In this document: piece by piece, positions 1-8,917 of the stretch
How positions within the stretch are numbered: the first letter of the stretch is position 1
Layout of the letters: each line of letters starts with the position of its first letter
From: a virus
Taxonomy: Duplodnaviria > Heunggongvirae > Uroviricota > Caudoviricetes
DNA length: 22,854 nucleotides
Virus record (IMG/VR): IMGVR_UViG_644736359_000002
Strand: one strand, 5' to 3'
Notes under the pieces: generated by a model
What the model saw: the letters and a program-made list of their open reading frames with translations, nothing else
The model's database searches: none
Told to the model about the DNA's origin: nothing
Position numbers and translations under genes: made by a program

Positions 1-1164
1 TTACGCCTTCTTTATATCCTCCATAATTCCAGAGTGGGACATATTTGGGACATTATCACCAAAAATGTCGTCTATTTTCCTCGCATGCTCTGTCAAATGA
101 TTAGGCGCAAGGTGAGCATACCTACGAACCATTTCTATGGACTCCCATCCGCCCATTTCCTGAAGCACTGATAATGGGACGCCTGACTGAATCAGCCAGC
201 TTGCCCAGGTGTGTCTGAGGTCATGGAAACGGAAATCTTCAATTCCTGCACGACGACAAGCTGATAGCCATGATGTCTTGCTGTCGATGCGCATCTTCCT
301 GACCGCAGGCGTTGATGTTCCATCTGCTCGCTTAGCCGCCTTGGTATGTACAAACACCCATTTGTGATGCTTGCCTATTTGATCACGCAACACTTTACAG
401 GCGGTATCGTTCAGCGCCACACCAATGGCGCGGTTTGATTTGCTCTCTTCTGGATTCACCCAGGCAACTCGTCGCTGCATGTCGATTTGTTGCCATTCCA
501 GATTTATGATGTTCGACTTTCTCAGACCAGTTGCCAGCGCAAACTTGACGACAGATTTCAGTGGTTCGGGGCACTCATCAATAAGGCGTTTTGCTTCCTC
601 CTTTTCCAGCCATCTGACTCGCTTGTTTCTGACCGCTGGTATCTTGATGACAGGCGCTTTTTCCAGCCACTTCCAGTCGCGTTCTGCAGCACGGAGAATG
701 GCCTTTATCATGGCAAGATGCTTTGCCTTTGTCTGAGTTGGTACTGGCTTTGGTTCATAAACAGGCAGTTCTTTACCTTTCCTGATGGCGGCCTGAACTT
801 TCTGTTTCCATATTTCTTTCGTCTTTCTGTTATGCATTCTGCTTACAGCAGAGTAAATCTTTGCCTCCGAGATATCTTTAAGCCTTATACCCTCAAAATG
901 TTCAAGCCAGAACTCAATCCGGCTTTTATCTGAATCGAGAGATTTTTTATCAGCTTTTTCCTCAAGCCATCTTAGGCAGGCCTCTTCAAAAGTGACATCA
1001 GGTAAATCCCCTAGCTTTTCTACTCGCCAGAGTTCTGCTTTTCGCTTGTCGTGCAACTCCTGAGCTTGCCGCTTGTCCTTTGTGCCAAGAGATTCCTTAA
1101 TTCGTTTCCCGCCCGGGAGCGAATACGAGGCATACCATATTTCATTTCTGCGGAAGAGTGACAT
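1..1164 (-). CDS. intD: Phage tyrosine integrase (DLP12-type); stop codon at window position 1, so the attachment site lies just outside the window
   Basis: 387-aa ORF, ATG at 1162-1164; C-terminal catalytic region with HDLRHTWAS...VLQEMGGW...RRYAH typical of tyrosine recombinases; N-terminus recalled as DLP12 IntD. Confidence 0.93.
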   Translation of the reverse strand: MSLFRRNEIWYASYSLPGGKRIKESLGTKDKRQAQELHDKRKAELWRVEKLGDLPDVTFEEACLRWLEEKADKKSLDSDKSRIEFWLEHFEGIRLKDISEAKIYSAVSRMHNRKTKEIWKQKVQAAIRKGKELPVYEPKPVPTQTKAKHLAMIKAILRAAERDWKWLEKAPVIKIPAVRNKRVRWLEKEEAKRLIDECPEPLKSVVKFALATGLRKSNIINLEWQQIDMQRRVAWVNPEESKSNRAIGVALNDTACKVLRDQIGKHHKWVFVHTKAAKRADGTSTPAVRKMRIDSKTSWLSACRRAGIEDFRFHDLRHTWASWLIQSGVPLSVLQEMGGWESIEMVRRYAHLAPNHLTEHARKIDDIFGDNVPNMSHSGIMEDIKKA

Positions 1165-1391
1165 TTTCTTTCCTCTGTTATGCCATCACCCGCGCTCACC
1201 TGGACAGTATGCAGCGGAGACTGAAGCGCCGCAATGCAGGCTTGCCGTGTTGTGAGGTAAGGAGATTTTGGCTTGGTTGGATCTTTACGTGTTGCCTGTA
1301 GGCGGCCTGTTCGTATCCAGTTGGTGGCGGTTGGTCTGGATATCTTAAGAAACTGACAGGCCTCATCGAGTGTGAGGCTGTATGATTCCAT
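1020..1391 (-). CDS. xisD: Excisionase (P22 Xis-like), 123 aa from the ATG at 1389-1391; overlaps the integrase 5' end by 144 nt
   Basis: Internal Met of ORF 1020..1421 with upstream GAGGT; N-terminus [31 protein letters not shown] resembles P22-type Xis as recalled; position immediately upstream of int. Confidence 0.7.
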   Translation of the reverse strand: MESYSLTLDEACQFLKISRPTATNWIRTGRLQATRKDPTKPKSPYLTTRQACIAALQSPLHTVQVSAGDGITEERKCHSSAEMKYGMPRIRSRAGNELRNLLAQRTSGKLRSCTTSEKQNSGE

Positions 1392-1641
1392 GGTTACCTC
1401 TGCTTTTTGAACGCATGTCACGTAACTTCTTAATGTGTTCTGCCGTTTCGATCTCTTCTGCTATCCGATCTGCATCAGCTTTATTCACAGGTTCAAAGTC
1501 ATGATTAAAGCGGAACATGCTGGCGATACATGTTCTGCCTTTTCGGATGTAGTGAACTTTGTTGTGGGTAGAACGCAGGATTTTGCAGGGAGTGCCGTGG
1601 TGGTCGACGTACCAGGTGTTAGGCAAAATGATTCTGAACAT
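1363..1641 (-). CDS. Hypothetical phage early-left protein (92 aa)
   Basis: ORF with ATG at 1639-1641 preceded by GAGGTG; same strand and tight spacing with xis; no family recognised. Confidence 0.5.
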   Translation of the reverse strand: MFRIILPNTWYVDHHGTPCKILRSTHNKVHYIRKGRTCIASMFRFNHDFEPVNKADADRIAEEIETAEHIKKLRDMRSKSRGNHGIIQPHTR

Positions 1642-1688
1642 TTTTACACCTCAGTTGGACGATGTTGAAATTTGCTGCTTTGAGGCCA

Positions 1689-1907
1689 TCACAATCCCCA
1701 TTGTTTGTTCTTAAGTTCGATCTCCTCCTGGCAGCTTGCACAAGTCCGACAACCCTGAACGGCCAGGCGTCTTCGTTCATCTATGGGATCGCCACACTCA
1801 CAACAATGAGTGGCAGATATAACCTGGTGGTTCAGACGACGCATTTTTATTGCTGTATTGCGCTGTAATTCTTCGATTTCTGATGCTGAATCAATGATGT
1901 CTGCCAT
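1689..1907 (-). CDS. TraR/DksA-family C4 zinc-finger protein (72 aa)
   Basis: CCECGDPIDERRRLAVQGCRTCASCQE has the CxxC...CxxC spacing of TraR/DksA zinc fingers; ATG at 1905-1907. Confidence 0.75.
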   Translation of the reverse strand: MADIIDSASEIEELQRNTAIKMRRLNHQVISATHCCECGDPIDERRRLAVQGCRTCASCQEEIELKNKQWGL

Positions 1908-2005
1908 CTTCCATTAATCCCTGAATTGTTGGTTAATACGCTTGAGGGTGAATGCGAATAATAAAAAAGGAGCCTGTAGCTCCCTGATGATTTTGCTTTT
2001 CATGT

Positions 2006-2221
2006 TCATCGCTCCTTAAAGACGCCGTTTAACATGCCGATCGCCAGGCTTAAATGAGTCGGTGTGAATCCCATCAGCGTTACCGTTTCGCGGTGCTTCT
2101 TCAGTACGCTACGGCAAATGTCATCGACGTTTTTATCCGGAAACTGCTGTCTGGCTTTTTTGATTTCAGAATTAGCCTGACGGGCTATGCTGCGAAGGGC
2201 GTTTTCCTGCTGAGGTGTCAT
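2006..2221 (-). CDS. Hypothetical small phage protein (71 aa if started at the ATG at 2219-2221; track ORF extends to a TTG at 2320)
   Basis: ORF on - strand; ATG at 2219-2221 has GGGA 8 nt upstream; alternative ATG at 2285-2287 has no good RBS; start uncertain. Confidence 0.45.
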   Translation of the reverse strand: MTPQQENALRSIARQANSEIKKARQQFPDKNVDDICRSVLKKHRETVTLMGFTPTHLSLAIGMLNGVFKER

Positions 2222-2297
2222 TGAACAAGTCCCATGTCGGCAAGCATAAGCACACAGAATATGAAGCCCGCTGCCAGAAAAATGCATTCCGTGGTTG

Positions 2298-2663
2298 TCA
2301 TGCAGCCTCCCGACGGGCAAGAATCCTTGAGCCGAACGCCATCAACTCTCCACGATCAACGGTCGTAAAGTGGCAGTGTGTACGGGGGTATGGGTGCCAG
2401 ATAATGAGCATCGAGCCTTTATTATTTCCACTGACGTGTTTCCCGGTGAGTGGGTTAATAAATGCCAGTCGTCCTGCCGTGATGAATCTGACCTCACTGG
2501 CGGTTTGTATCGCTTCATGAAACCATCCGACAGATGTGTCAGCAGGTAATAACATTACACATCCCACACTGCTGAATTTGTTTTCAGTGGCTGCCTTTTT
2601 CACAAAAGGGGAAATATTGCTGTATGGTGGATTCAACCAGACATAACCAGAGGCATATCCCAT
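2298..2663 (-). pseudogene. 5'-truncated phage N6-adenine DNA methyltransferase (Dam-like) fragment
   Basis: Translation starts MGYASGYVWLNPPYS: the NPPY catalytic motif sits 10 residues from the apparent start and the upstream AdoMet-binding region is absent; no RBS before the ATG at 2661-2663; abuts the P fragment on the opposite strand. Confidence 0.7.
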
Positions 2664-2667
2664 TGCT

Positions 2668-2910
2668 TACTGGTTGGTTACCAACTTGTACCAGAACATG
2701 CGGGCCAATGCGCTGACTGACGCGGAATTACGGCGCAAGGCTGCCGATGAACTGTCCTGTATGACCGCGCGAATTAACCGTGGTGAGGCGATACCTGAAC
2801 CAGTAAAACAACTTCCTGTCATGGGCGGTAGACCTCTAAATCGTGCACAGGCTCTGGCGAAGATCGCAGAAATCAAAGCTAAGTTCGGACTGAAAGGATC
2901 AAGTGTATGA
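2668..2910 (+). pseudogene. C-terminal fragment of lambda-type replication protein P (no native start)
   Basis: Frame reads YWLVTNLYQNMRANALTDAELRRKAADEL...KAKFGLKGSSV, recalled as the extreme C-terminus of lambda P; frame opens at 2668 directly at the junction with the methyltransferase fragment. Confidence 0.8.
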
Positions 2911-3209
2911 CGGGCAAAGAGGCAATTATTCATTACCTGGGGACGCATAAGAGCTTCTGTGCACAGGACGTTGCCGCGGTAACAGGTGCAACCGTAACCA
3001 GCATAAATCAGGCTGCGGCTAAAATGGCGCGGGCAGGAATCCTGGTCGTTGATGGTAAGGTCTGGCGAACGGTGTATTACCGGTTCGCTACCAGAGAAGA
3101 ACGGGAAGGAAAGGTGAGCACGAATCTGATTTTTAAGGAGTGTCGCCAGAGTGCCGCGATGAAACGGGTACTGAGGGTATATAAAAGAACATCAATGGGA
3201 ACACAATGA
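2907..3209 (+). CDS. renD: Ren-like protein (lambda Ren homologue), 100 aa
   Basis: MTGKEAIIHYLGTH...VTSINQAAAKMARAG...VYYRFATREEREGK recalled as lambda Ren; ATG overlaps the P-fragment stop in ATGA. Confidence 0.8.
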   Translation: MTGKEAIIHYLGTHKSFCAQDVAAVTGATVTSINQAAAKMARAGILVVDGKVWRTVYYRFATREEREGKVSTNLIFKECRQSAAMKRVLRVYKRTSMGTQ

Positions 3210-3276
3210 TGAAACAGGTGAGTTGAGTTCAAACTGTAGTACAATTCTCTCCAGTTTGAACAGGAAAGAATATGCT

Positions 3277-3609
3277 ATGAACCCTTATATTTATCTTGGT
3301 GGTGCAATACTTGCAGAGGTCATTGGTACAACCTTAATGAAGTTTTCAGAAGGTTTTACACGGTTATGGCCATCTGTTGGTACAATTATTTGTTATTGTG
3401 CATCATTCTGGTTATTAGCTCAGACGCTGGCTTATATTCCTACAGGGATTGCTTATGGTATCTGGTCAGGAGTCGGTATTGTCCTGATTAGCTTACTGTT
3501 ATGGGGATTTTTCGGCCAACGGCTGGACCTGCCAGCCATTATAGGCATGATGTTGATTTGTGCCGGTGTGTTGGTTATTAATTTATTGTCACGAAGCACA
3601 CCACATTAA
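3277..3609 (+). CDS. emrE: Small multidrug resistance efflux transporter EmrE (110 aa)
   Basis: MNPYIYLGGAILAEVIGTTLMKFSEGFTRLWPS... recognised as EmrE (SMR family, four TM segments); the track ORF begins at an upstream TTG, the ATG at 3277 gives the canonical length. Confidence 0.93.
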   Translation: MNPYIYLGGAILAEVIGTTLMKFSEGFTRLWPSVGTIICYCASFWLLAQTLAYIPTGIAYGIWSGVGIVLISLLLWGFFGQRLDLPAIIGMMLICAGVLVINLLSRSTPH

Positions 3610-3639
3610 AATAATTTGTTTCTAAACGACTAAAATATG

Positions 3640-3675
3640 GAGGCTCTTATATTTATATGAGCCTCGTTTTATGCT
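3640..3675 (+). terminator. Candidate intrinsic terminator downstream of emrE
   Basis: Inverted repeat GAGGCTC (3640-3646) / GAGCCTC (3659-3665) followed by GTTTTATGCTTTTTG. Confidence 0.5.
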
Positions 3676-3863
3676 TTTTGTTAATGTCTTTATTTTTTAT
3701 GTATTCTTTTGTGCTTTCAAGATTATGGCGTAAGAAAATTGCAATACGATTATTGTTGTATATTCAAGATAATGTGACCTTAATTGTCTTTTTAAATAAA
3801 AATTAAACAAAAATTATATCCCACCACTAAGGTTTATAAAAGCATACGTTAGCAGGTGTCACC

Positions 3864-5390
3864 ATGAAAAAAGCCATAGCATATATGCGATTTTCATCAC
3901 CAGGTCAGATGTCTGGCGACTCATTAAACCGACAGAGAAGACTTATTGCTGAATGGTTAAAGGTAAATAGTGATTATTATCTTGATACCATAACATATGA
4001 AGATTTAGGATTAAGTGCATTCAAAGGAAAGCATGCACAATCAGGAGCTTTTTCGGAATTTTTAGATGCTATAGAGCATGGTTATATATTGCCAGGAACT
4101 ACATTGTTAGTTGAAAGTCTGGACAGACTTTCAAGAGAAAAAGTCGGTGAAGCGATTGAACGTCTGAAATTGATTTTGAATCACGGTATTGATGTTATAA
4201 CTCTTTGCGACAATACAGTCTATAATATTGACTCTTTGAATGAGCCATATTCATTAATAAAAGCCATACTTATAGCACAAAGGGCAAATGAAGAAAGCGA
4301 GATAAAGTCAAGTCGGGTTAAATTATCATGGAAGAAAAAACGGCAGGATGCACTGGAATCAGGTACGATTATGACGGCGTCTTGTCCGAGATGGCTCTCC
4401 TTAGATGACAAAAGAACGGCTTTTGTTCCAGACCCCGACAGGGTGAAAACTATTGAGCTAATTTTTAAACTCAGGATGGAAAGGCGCTCATTGAATGCAA
4501 TAGCCAAGTATTTAAATGATCATGCTGTAAAGAATTTCTCAGGAAAAGAAAGTGCATGGGGACCTTCTGTAATTGAAAAATTATTAGCGAATAAAGCTCT
4601 GATAGGTATATGCGTACCTTCATATCGTGCAAGAGGGAAAGGGATAAGTGAAATCGCTGGCTATTATCCCAGAGTCATATCAGATGATTTGTTTTACGCT
4701 GTACAGGAAATTCGGTTGGCACCTTTTGGTATTAGCAATAGTAGCAAGAATCCTATGCTAATAAATCTACTTCGAACAGTTATGAAGTGTGAGGCTTGTG
4801 GTAATACCATGATTGTTCATGCGGTATCTGGAAGTTTGCATGGCTATTATGTTTGTCCGATGAGAAGATTACATCGATGTGACAGGCCATCAATAAAAAG
4901 AGATTTGGTTGATTATAATATCATTAATGAATTGCTTTTTAATTGTAGCAAAATTCAACCAGTTGAAAACAAGAAAGATGCTAATGAAACTTTAGAGTTA
5001 AAAATTATTGAGCTTCAGATGAAAATTAATAATTTAATCGTTGCATTGTCTGTCGCGCCTGAAGTTACCGCTATAGCAGAGAAAATAAGACTATTAGATA
5101 AGGAATTACGAAGGGCTTCGGTATCATTGAAAACTTTGAAGAGTAAAGGTGTAAATTCATTCAGTGATTTTTATGCTATTGACTTAACCAGTAAAAATGG
5201 ACGAGAGTTATGCCGTACACTTGCCTATAAAACATTCGAAAAAATCATAATTAATACGGATAATAAAACCTGTGATATCTATTTTATGAATGGCATTGTT
5301 TTTAAACACTATCCTTTAATGAAAGTAATATCCGCCCAGCAGGCGATAAGTGCTCTCAAATATATGGTTGATGGTGAGATTTATTTCTAA
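3864..5390 (+). CDS. ybcK: Large serine recombinase (resolvase-type N-terminal catalytic domain plus recombinase and zinc-ribbon-like regions), 508 aa
   Basis: N-terminus MKKAIAYMRFSSPGQ...SLNRQRR...LLVESLDRLSR matches the serine-recombinase catalytic motif (nucleophile Ser in RFSS); cysteine-rich segment CEACGN...YYVCP...HRCDRP; AGGTG RBS 5 nt before the ATG at 3864; AT-rich codon usage. Confidence 0.88.
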   Translation: MKKAIAYMRFSSPGQMSGDSLNRQRRLIAEWLKVNSDYYLDTITYEDLGLSAFKGKHAQSGAFSEFLDAIEHGYILPGTTLLVESLDRLSREKVGEAIERLKLILNHGIDVITLCDNTVYNIDSLNEPYSLIKAILIAQRANEESEIKSSRVKLSWKKKRQDALESGTIMTASCPRWLSLDDKRTAFVPDPDRVKTIELIFKLRMERRSLNAIAKYLNDHAVKNFSGKESAWGPSVIEKLLANKALIGICVPSYRARGKGISEIAGYYPRVISDDLFYAVQEIRLAPFGISNSSKNPMLINLLRTVMKCEACGNTMIVHAVSGSLHGYYVCPMRRLHRCDRPSIKRDLVDYNIINELLFNCSKIQPVENKKDANETLELKIIELQMKINNLIVALSVAPEVTAIAEKIRLLDKELRRASVSLKTLKSKGVNSFSDFYAIDLTSKNGRELCRTLAYKTFEKIIINTDNKTCDIYFMNGIVFKHYPLMKVISAQQAISALKYMVDGEIYF

Positions 5391-5588
5391 ATAATGATCT
5401 CGGATTTTAAGTTATGCTATGGTGATAAAGTGCAAGACAGAATTAATTATCTTTAACGAAACTTAATGGGTAATTACTTTGTTTGCTCCCACAAGCGAGT
5501 TTTGTACGGCTGTATTGGGGTAGTAAATGAGCTATACAATCTTAATCATTTGTTAGGTGAGAACTCTTGGTCGCAGATTCAAATACTG

Positions 5589-5638
5589 AAAATACGTGAC
5601 AAATTATTATGAGCAAAATGGTGTATGTCACGTATTTT
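5589..5638. promoter_or_regulatory. 50-bp palindromic site: perfect 13-bp inverted repeat AAAATACGTGACA / TGTCACGTATTTT separated by 24 bp
   Basis: Read directly: left arm 5589-5601, right arm 5626-5638; lies in the ybcK-ybcL intergenic region. Confidence 0.6.
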
Positions 5639-5854
5639 GAATGGTAGGTTAAAAAATAACACCGACTTTCGTAGGTATTACTAATAATAAAGCAGAGTTT
5701 TTAGATAGTATCAATGTGCTTTGTGTATATTGTGGCAAATAATTGGGTTGGGGGTACAATTGTGATTGCTTTTGCATGAACATTGCGCCTTTATGCATAA
5801 TGAGATAAAGGAATATCAAATAAAATAACGATAGGTCATAACAAAGAGGTTTTT

Positions 5855-6406
5855 ATGAAAACACTTATCGTTTCAACTGTATTGGCATTCATAACATTTT
5901 CTGCGCAGGCTGCAGCATTTCAGGTCACTAGTAATGAAATAAAAACAGGAGAGCAACTTACAACGTCTCATGTCTTTTCTGGATTTGGGTGTGAAGGTGG
6001 TAATACATCGCCCTCATTAACCTGGTCTGGTGTTCCTGAAGGTACCAAAAGCTTTGCCGTAACTGTATATGATCCAGATGCACCTACAGGCAGTGGTTGG
6101 TGGCATTGGACTGTTGTTAATATTCCAGCAACAGTAACATATTTGCCCGTTGATGCAGGGAGACGTGATGGAACAAAACTGCCGACTGGTGCTGTTCAAG
6201 GCCGAAATGATTTTGGCTATGCTGGGTTTGGTGGCGCATGTCCTCCTAAAGGAGATAAACCACATCATTACCAGTTTAAAGTATGGGCTCTAAAAACTGA
6301 AAAGATTCCTGTAGATTCTAACTCCAGCGGAGCGTTAGTTGGTTATATGCTTAATGCTAATAAAATCGCAACCGCTGAGATAACACCAGTTTATGAGATA
6401 AAGTAG
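5855..6406 (+). CDS. ybcL: Periplasmic PEBP/RKIP-family protein with signal peptide (183 aa)
   Basis: Signal peptide MKTLIVSTVLAFITFSAQA; PEBP-like motifs (DPDAP, GWWHW, PPKGDKPHHY); recalled as YbcL. Confidence 0.88.
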   Translation: MKTLIVSTVLAFITFSAQAAAFQVTSNEIKTGEQLTTSHVFSGFGCEGGNTSPSLTWSGVPEGTKSFAVTVYDPDAPTGSGWWHWTVVNIPATVTYLPVDAGRRDGTKLPTGAVQGRNDFGYAGFGGACPPKGDKPHHYQFKVWALKTEKIPVDSNSSGALVGYMLNANKIATAEITPVYEIK

Positions 6407-6415
6407 GGTGAGAGT

Positions 6416-7213
6416 ATGCTGGCAAGAGGTAAGACTAACTTAAAGATCGAAGAAATACGGATGCATAAACATCATGAGATTCATAGGGTTAAGCCTCTTA
6501 TGCCAGCTTTGTGTCGTATCCGTCAGGGAAAGAAAGTTATCAATTGGGAGACGCATACTTTAACTGTTGATAATAATCAAATAATATTATTTCCTTGTGG
6601 TTATGAATTTTATATTGAGAATTATCCTGAAGCAGGGCTTTATCTTGCAGAAATGCTTTACTTACCCATTGATTTAATTGAGAGTTTCCAAAAACTTTAT
6701 ACGGTAACTGATCAAATACGTAACAAAACAAGTTTCTTTTTACCTCAGAATCCTGAGTTAATATATTGTTGGGAGCAACTAAAAACATCTGTTTCCCGAG
6801 GCTTCTCAACTAAAATTCAGGAGCACTTAGCAATGGGCGTTCTACTTTCGTTAGGAGTGAATCATGTTAATCATTTACTTTTATCATATAGTAAACAATC
6901 ATTGATAAGTCGTTGTTATAACCTGCTGCTATCCGAACCCGGCACAAAATGGACAGCAAACAAGGTTGCTCGATATCTCTACATTTCTGTTTCTACATTA
7001 CATCGCCGTCTAGCAAGCGAGGGGGTAAGTTTCCAAAGTATACTGGACGATGTGAGGTTAAATAATGCGTTGTCTGCTATACAAACGACGGTAAAACCTA
7101 TAAGCGAGATTGCCAGAGAAAATGGTTATAAGTGTCCTTCTCGTTTTACTGAAAGATTTCATAATCGTTTTAATATAACACCAAGAGAGATAAGAAAAGC
7201 TTCCAGAGAGTAA
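6416..7213 (+). CDS. ybcM: AraC/XylS-family transcriptional regulator (265 aa)
   Basis: C-terminal AraC-type HTH ([21 protein letters not shown]...[30 protein letters not shown]); starts 10 nt after ybcL stop with GGGTGAGAG RBS. Confidence 0.88.
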
Positions 7214-7277
7214 AAGTGTTTTAAGAAGGAGCAATTCTATCGATTTTGATTTTGGGAAATCAACACGGCATAATTAT

Positions 7278-7306
7278 GTCACCGGAGCCTGAACAACTCC
7301 GGTGAC
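7278..7306 (+). terminator. Perfect 10-bp stem hairpin downstream of ybcM (candidate terminator or island-boundary element)
   Basis: GTCACCGGAG (7278-7287) / CTCCGGTGAC (7297-7306), 9-nt loop; weak U-tract (TTCTGCGC), so terminator function is uncertain. Confidence 0.35.
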
Positions 7307-7427
7307 TTCTGCGCTAAACGGGGACGTTTATGCGCACATACAATCCAAACTCTCTTCTCCCTTCACAGATGCAGAAATGCACCTGCAATTCTTTGCATCT
7401 AGCGTTTGACCTCTGCGGAGGTGAAGC

Positions 7428-7883
7428 GTGAACCTCTCACAAGACGGCATCAAATTACATCGCGGCAACTTCACCGCTATCGGTCGGCAGATCCAGCCTT
7501 ATCTGGAGGAGGGCAAATGCTTTCGCATGGTGCTTAAACCGTGGCGTGAGAAACGCAGTCTTTCCCAGAATGCACTCAGCCACATGTGGTACAGCGAAAT
7601 CAGTGAATACCTCATCAGCAGGGGTAAAACGTTCGCCACTCCAGCTTGGGTAAAAGATGCTCTCAAACACACATATCTCGGTTATGAAACCAAAGACCTG
7701 GTTGATGTCGTAACCGGTGATATCACCACTATCCAGTCGTTACGCCATACCTCCGACCTTGATACCGGAGAGATGTATGTCTTCCTGTGTAAGGTTGAAG
7801 CCTGGGCGATGAATATTGGCTGCCACCTGACTATTCCGCAGAGCTGCGAGTTCCAGCTGCTGCGTGATAAGCAGGAGGCGTAA
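7428..7883 (+). CDS. ybcN: YbcN-type DNA-binding (base-flipping) protein of the Nin region, 151 aa
   Basis: GTG start with GGAGGTG RBS; sequence recalled as DLP12 YbcN; followed by overlapping ninE/ybcO/rusA. Confidence 0.8.
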
Positions 7884-8053
7884 TGGCTACACCGCTTATT
7901 CGTGTCATGAACGGACACATCTACAAAGTACCAAATCGTCGTAAGCGTAAGCCTGAGCTGAAACCATCCGAAATACCAACACTGCTCGGATATACCGCCA
8001 GCCTGGTTGATAAAAAATGGTTGCGACTGGCAGCAAGGAGGAATCATGGCTGA
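7883..8053 (+). CDS. ninE: NinE-like small protein (56 aa); below the ORF-track size cutoff
   Basis: Translated by hand: [56 protein letters not shown]; start overlaps ybcN stop (TAATG), stop overlaps ybcO start (ATGGCTGA). Confidence 0.75.
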   Translation: MATPLIRVMNGHIYKVPNRRKRKPELKPSEIPTLLGYTASLVDKKWLRLAARRNHG

Positions 8054-8336
8054 TTTGAGAAAAGCAGCGCGTGGTCGGGAATGCCAGGTAAGAATCCCTG
8101 GCGTATGTAATGGCAATCCTGAAACGTCTGTACTGGCACATATCCGGCTGGCTGGATTGTGCGGTACCGGTATCAAACCGCCAGACCTGATTGCCACCAT
8201 TGCATGTTCTGCCTGTCACGACGAGATCGACCGTCGCACGCATTTTGTTGACGCTGGATATGCAAAAGAATGCGCGCTGGAAGGTATGGCGAGAACGCAG
8301 GTTATCTGGCTGAAAGAGGGGGTAATTAAGGCGTGA
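8046..8336 (+). CDS. ybcO: YbcO (DUF1364-type cysteine-rich putative nuclease), 96 aa from the ATG at 8046
   Basis: [23 protein letters not shown]...[10 protein letters not shown]; AGGAGG RBS; the track ORF starts at an upstream in-frame codon. Confidence 0.82.
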   Translation: MADLRKAARGRECQVRIPGVCNGNPETSVLAHIRLAGLCGTGIKPPDLIATIACSACHDEIDRRTHFVDAGYAKECALEGMARTQVIWLKEGVIKA

Positions 8337-8695
8337 ATACCTACAATATCACATTACCCTGGCCGCCGAGCAATAATCGCTATTACCGCCATAATCGCGG
8401 GCGCACGCACATCAGCGCAGAGGGGCAGGCATACCGCGAAAACGTCGCCCGAATCATTAAAAACGCAATGCTGGATATCGGCCTGGCTATGCCTGTGAAA
8501 ATCCGCATTGAGTGTCACATGCCGGATCGCCGTCGCCGTGACCTGGATAATCTACAAAAGGCCGCTTTTGACGCACTCACCAAAGCAGGTTTCTGGCTGG
8601 ATGATGCTCAGGTCGTTGATTACCGCGTTGTGAAGATGCCGGTTGTCAAAGGTGGAAAGCTGGAACTGACCATCACTGAACAGGGAGATGAATGA
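8333..8695 (+). CDS. rusA: RusA Holliday-junction resolvase (120 aa)
   Basis: [26 protein letters not shown]...[25 protein letters not shown] recalled as RusA; GTG start overlapping ybcO stop. Confidence 0.88.
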   Translation: MNTYNITLPWPPSNNRYYRHNRGRTHISAEGQAYRENVARIIKNAMLDIGLAMPVKIRIECHMPDRRRRDLDNLQKAAFDALTKAGFWLDDAQVVDYRVVKMPVVKGGKLELTITEQGDE

Positions 8696-8832
8696 TGTTT
8701 GAGTTTTATATGGCAGAACTTCTTCGCCACCGCTGGATGCGCCTGCGCTTATATCGTTTCCCCGGTTCTGTTTTGACCGATTACCGAATACTGAAGAATT
8801 ACGCCAAAACACTGACAGGAGCAGGAGTATGA
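8692..8832 (+). CDS. ylcG: YlcG-like small protein (46 aa); below the ORF-track cutoff
   Basis: Hand translation [46 protein letters not shown]; ATG overlaps rusA stop (ATGA). Confidence 0.6.
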   Translation: MMFEFYMAELLRHRWMRLRLYRFPGSVLTDYRILKNYAKTLTGAGV

Positions 8833-8917
8833 AGTCAGAGATAACAATCAACTAATACTGTTTTGTTGATTTTTGCTTGTAATTGGCGTTCTGGTCTGAG
8901 TTTTGTGGAGTAAGTTG

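Noticed and set aside
425-933. + strand ORFs of 103 and 148 aa inside the integrase gene
   Set aside because: Antisense to the integrase, which has clear tyrosine-recombinase motifs.
2667-2948. 93-aa - strand ORF across the P fragment
   Set aside because: Antisense to the sequence matching the lambda P C-terminus.
3223-3276. N-terminal extension of EmrE from the upstream TTG (MSSNCSTILSSLNRKEYA)
   Set aside because: The canonical EmrE begins at MNPYIY (ATG 3277); the extension comes from an alternative start codon in the ORF track.
7455-8243. - strand ORFs (71, 172 and 112 aa) across ybcN/ninE/ybcO
   Set aside because: Antisense to a tightly coupled + strand gene series with RBSs and overlapping start/stop codons.
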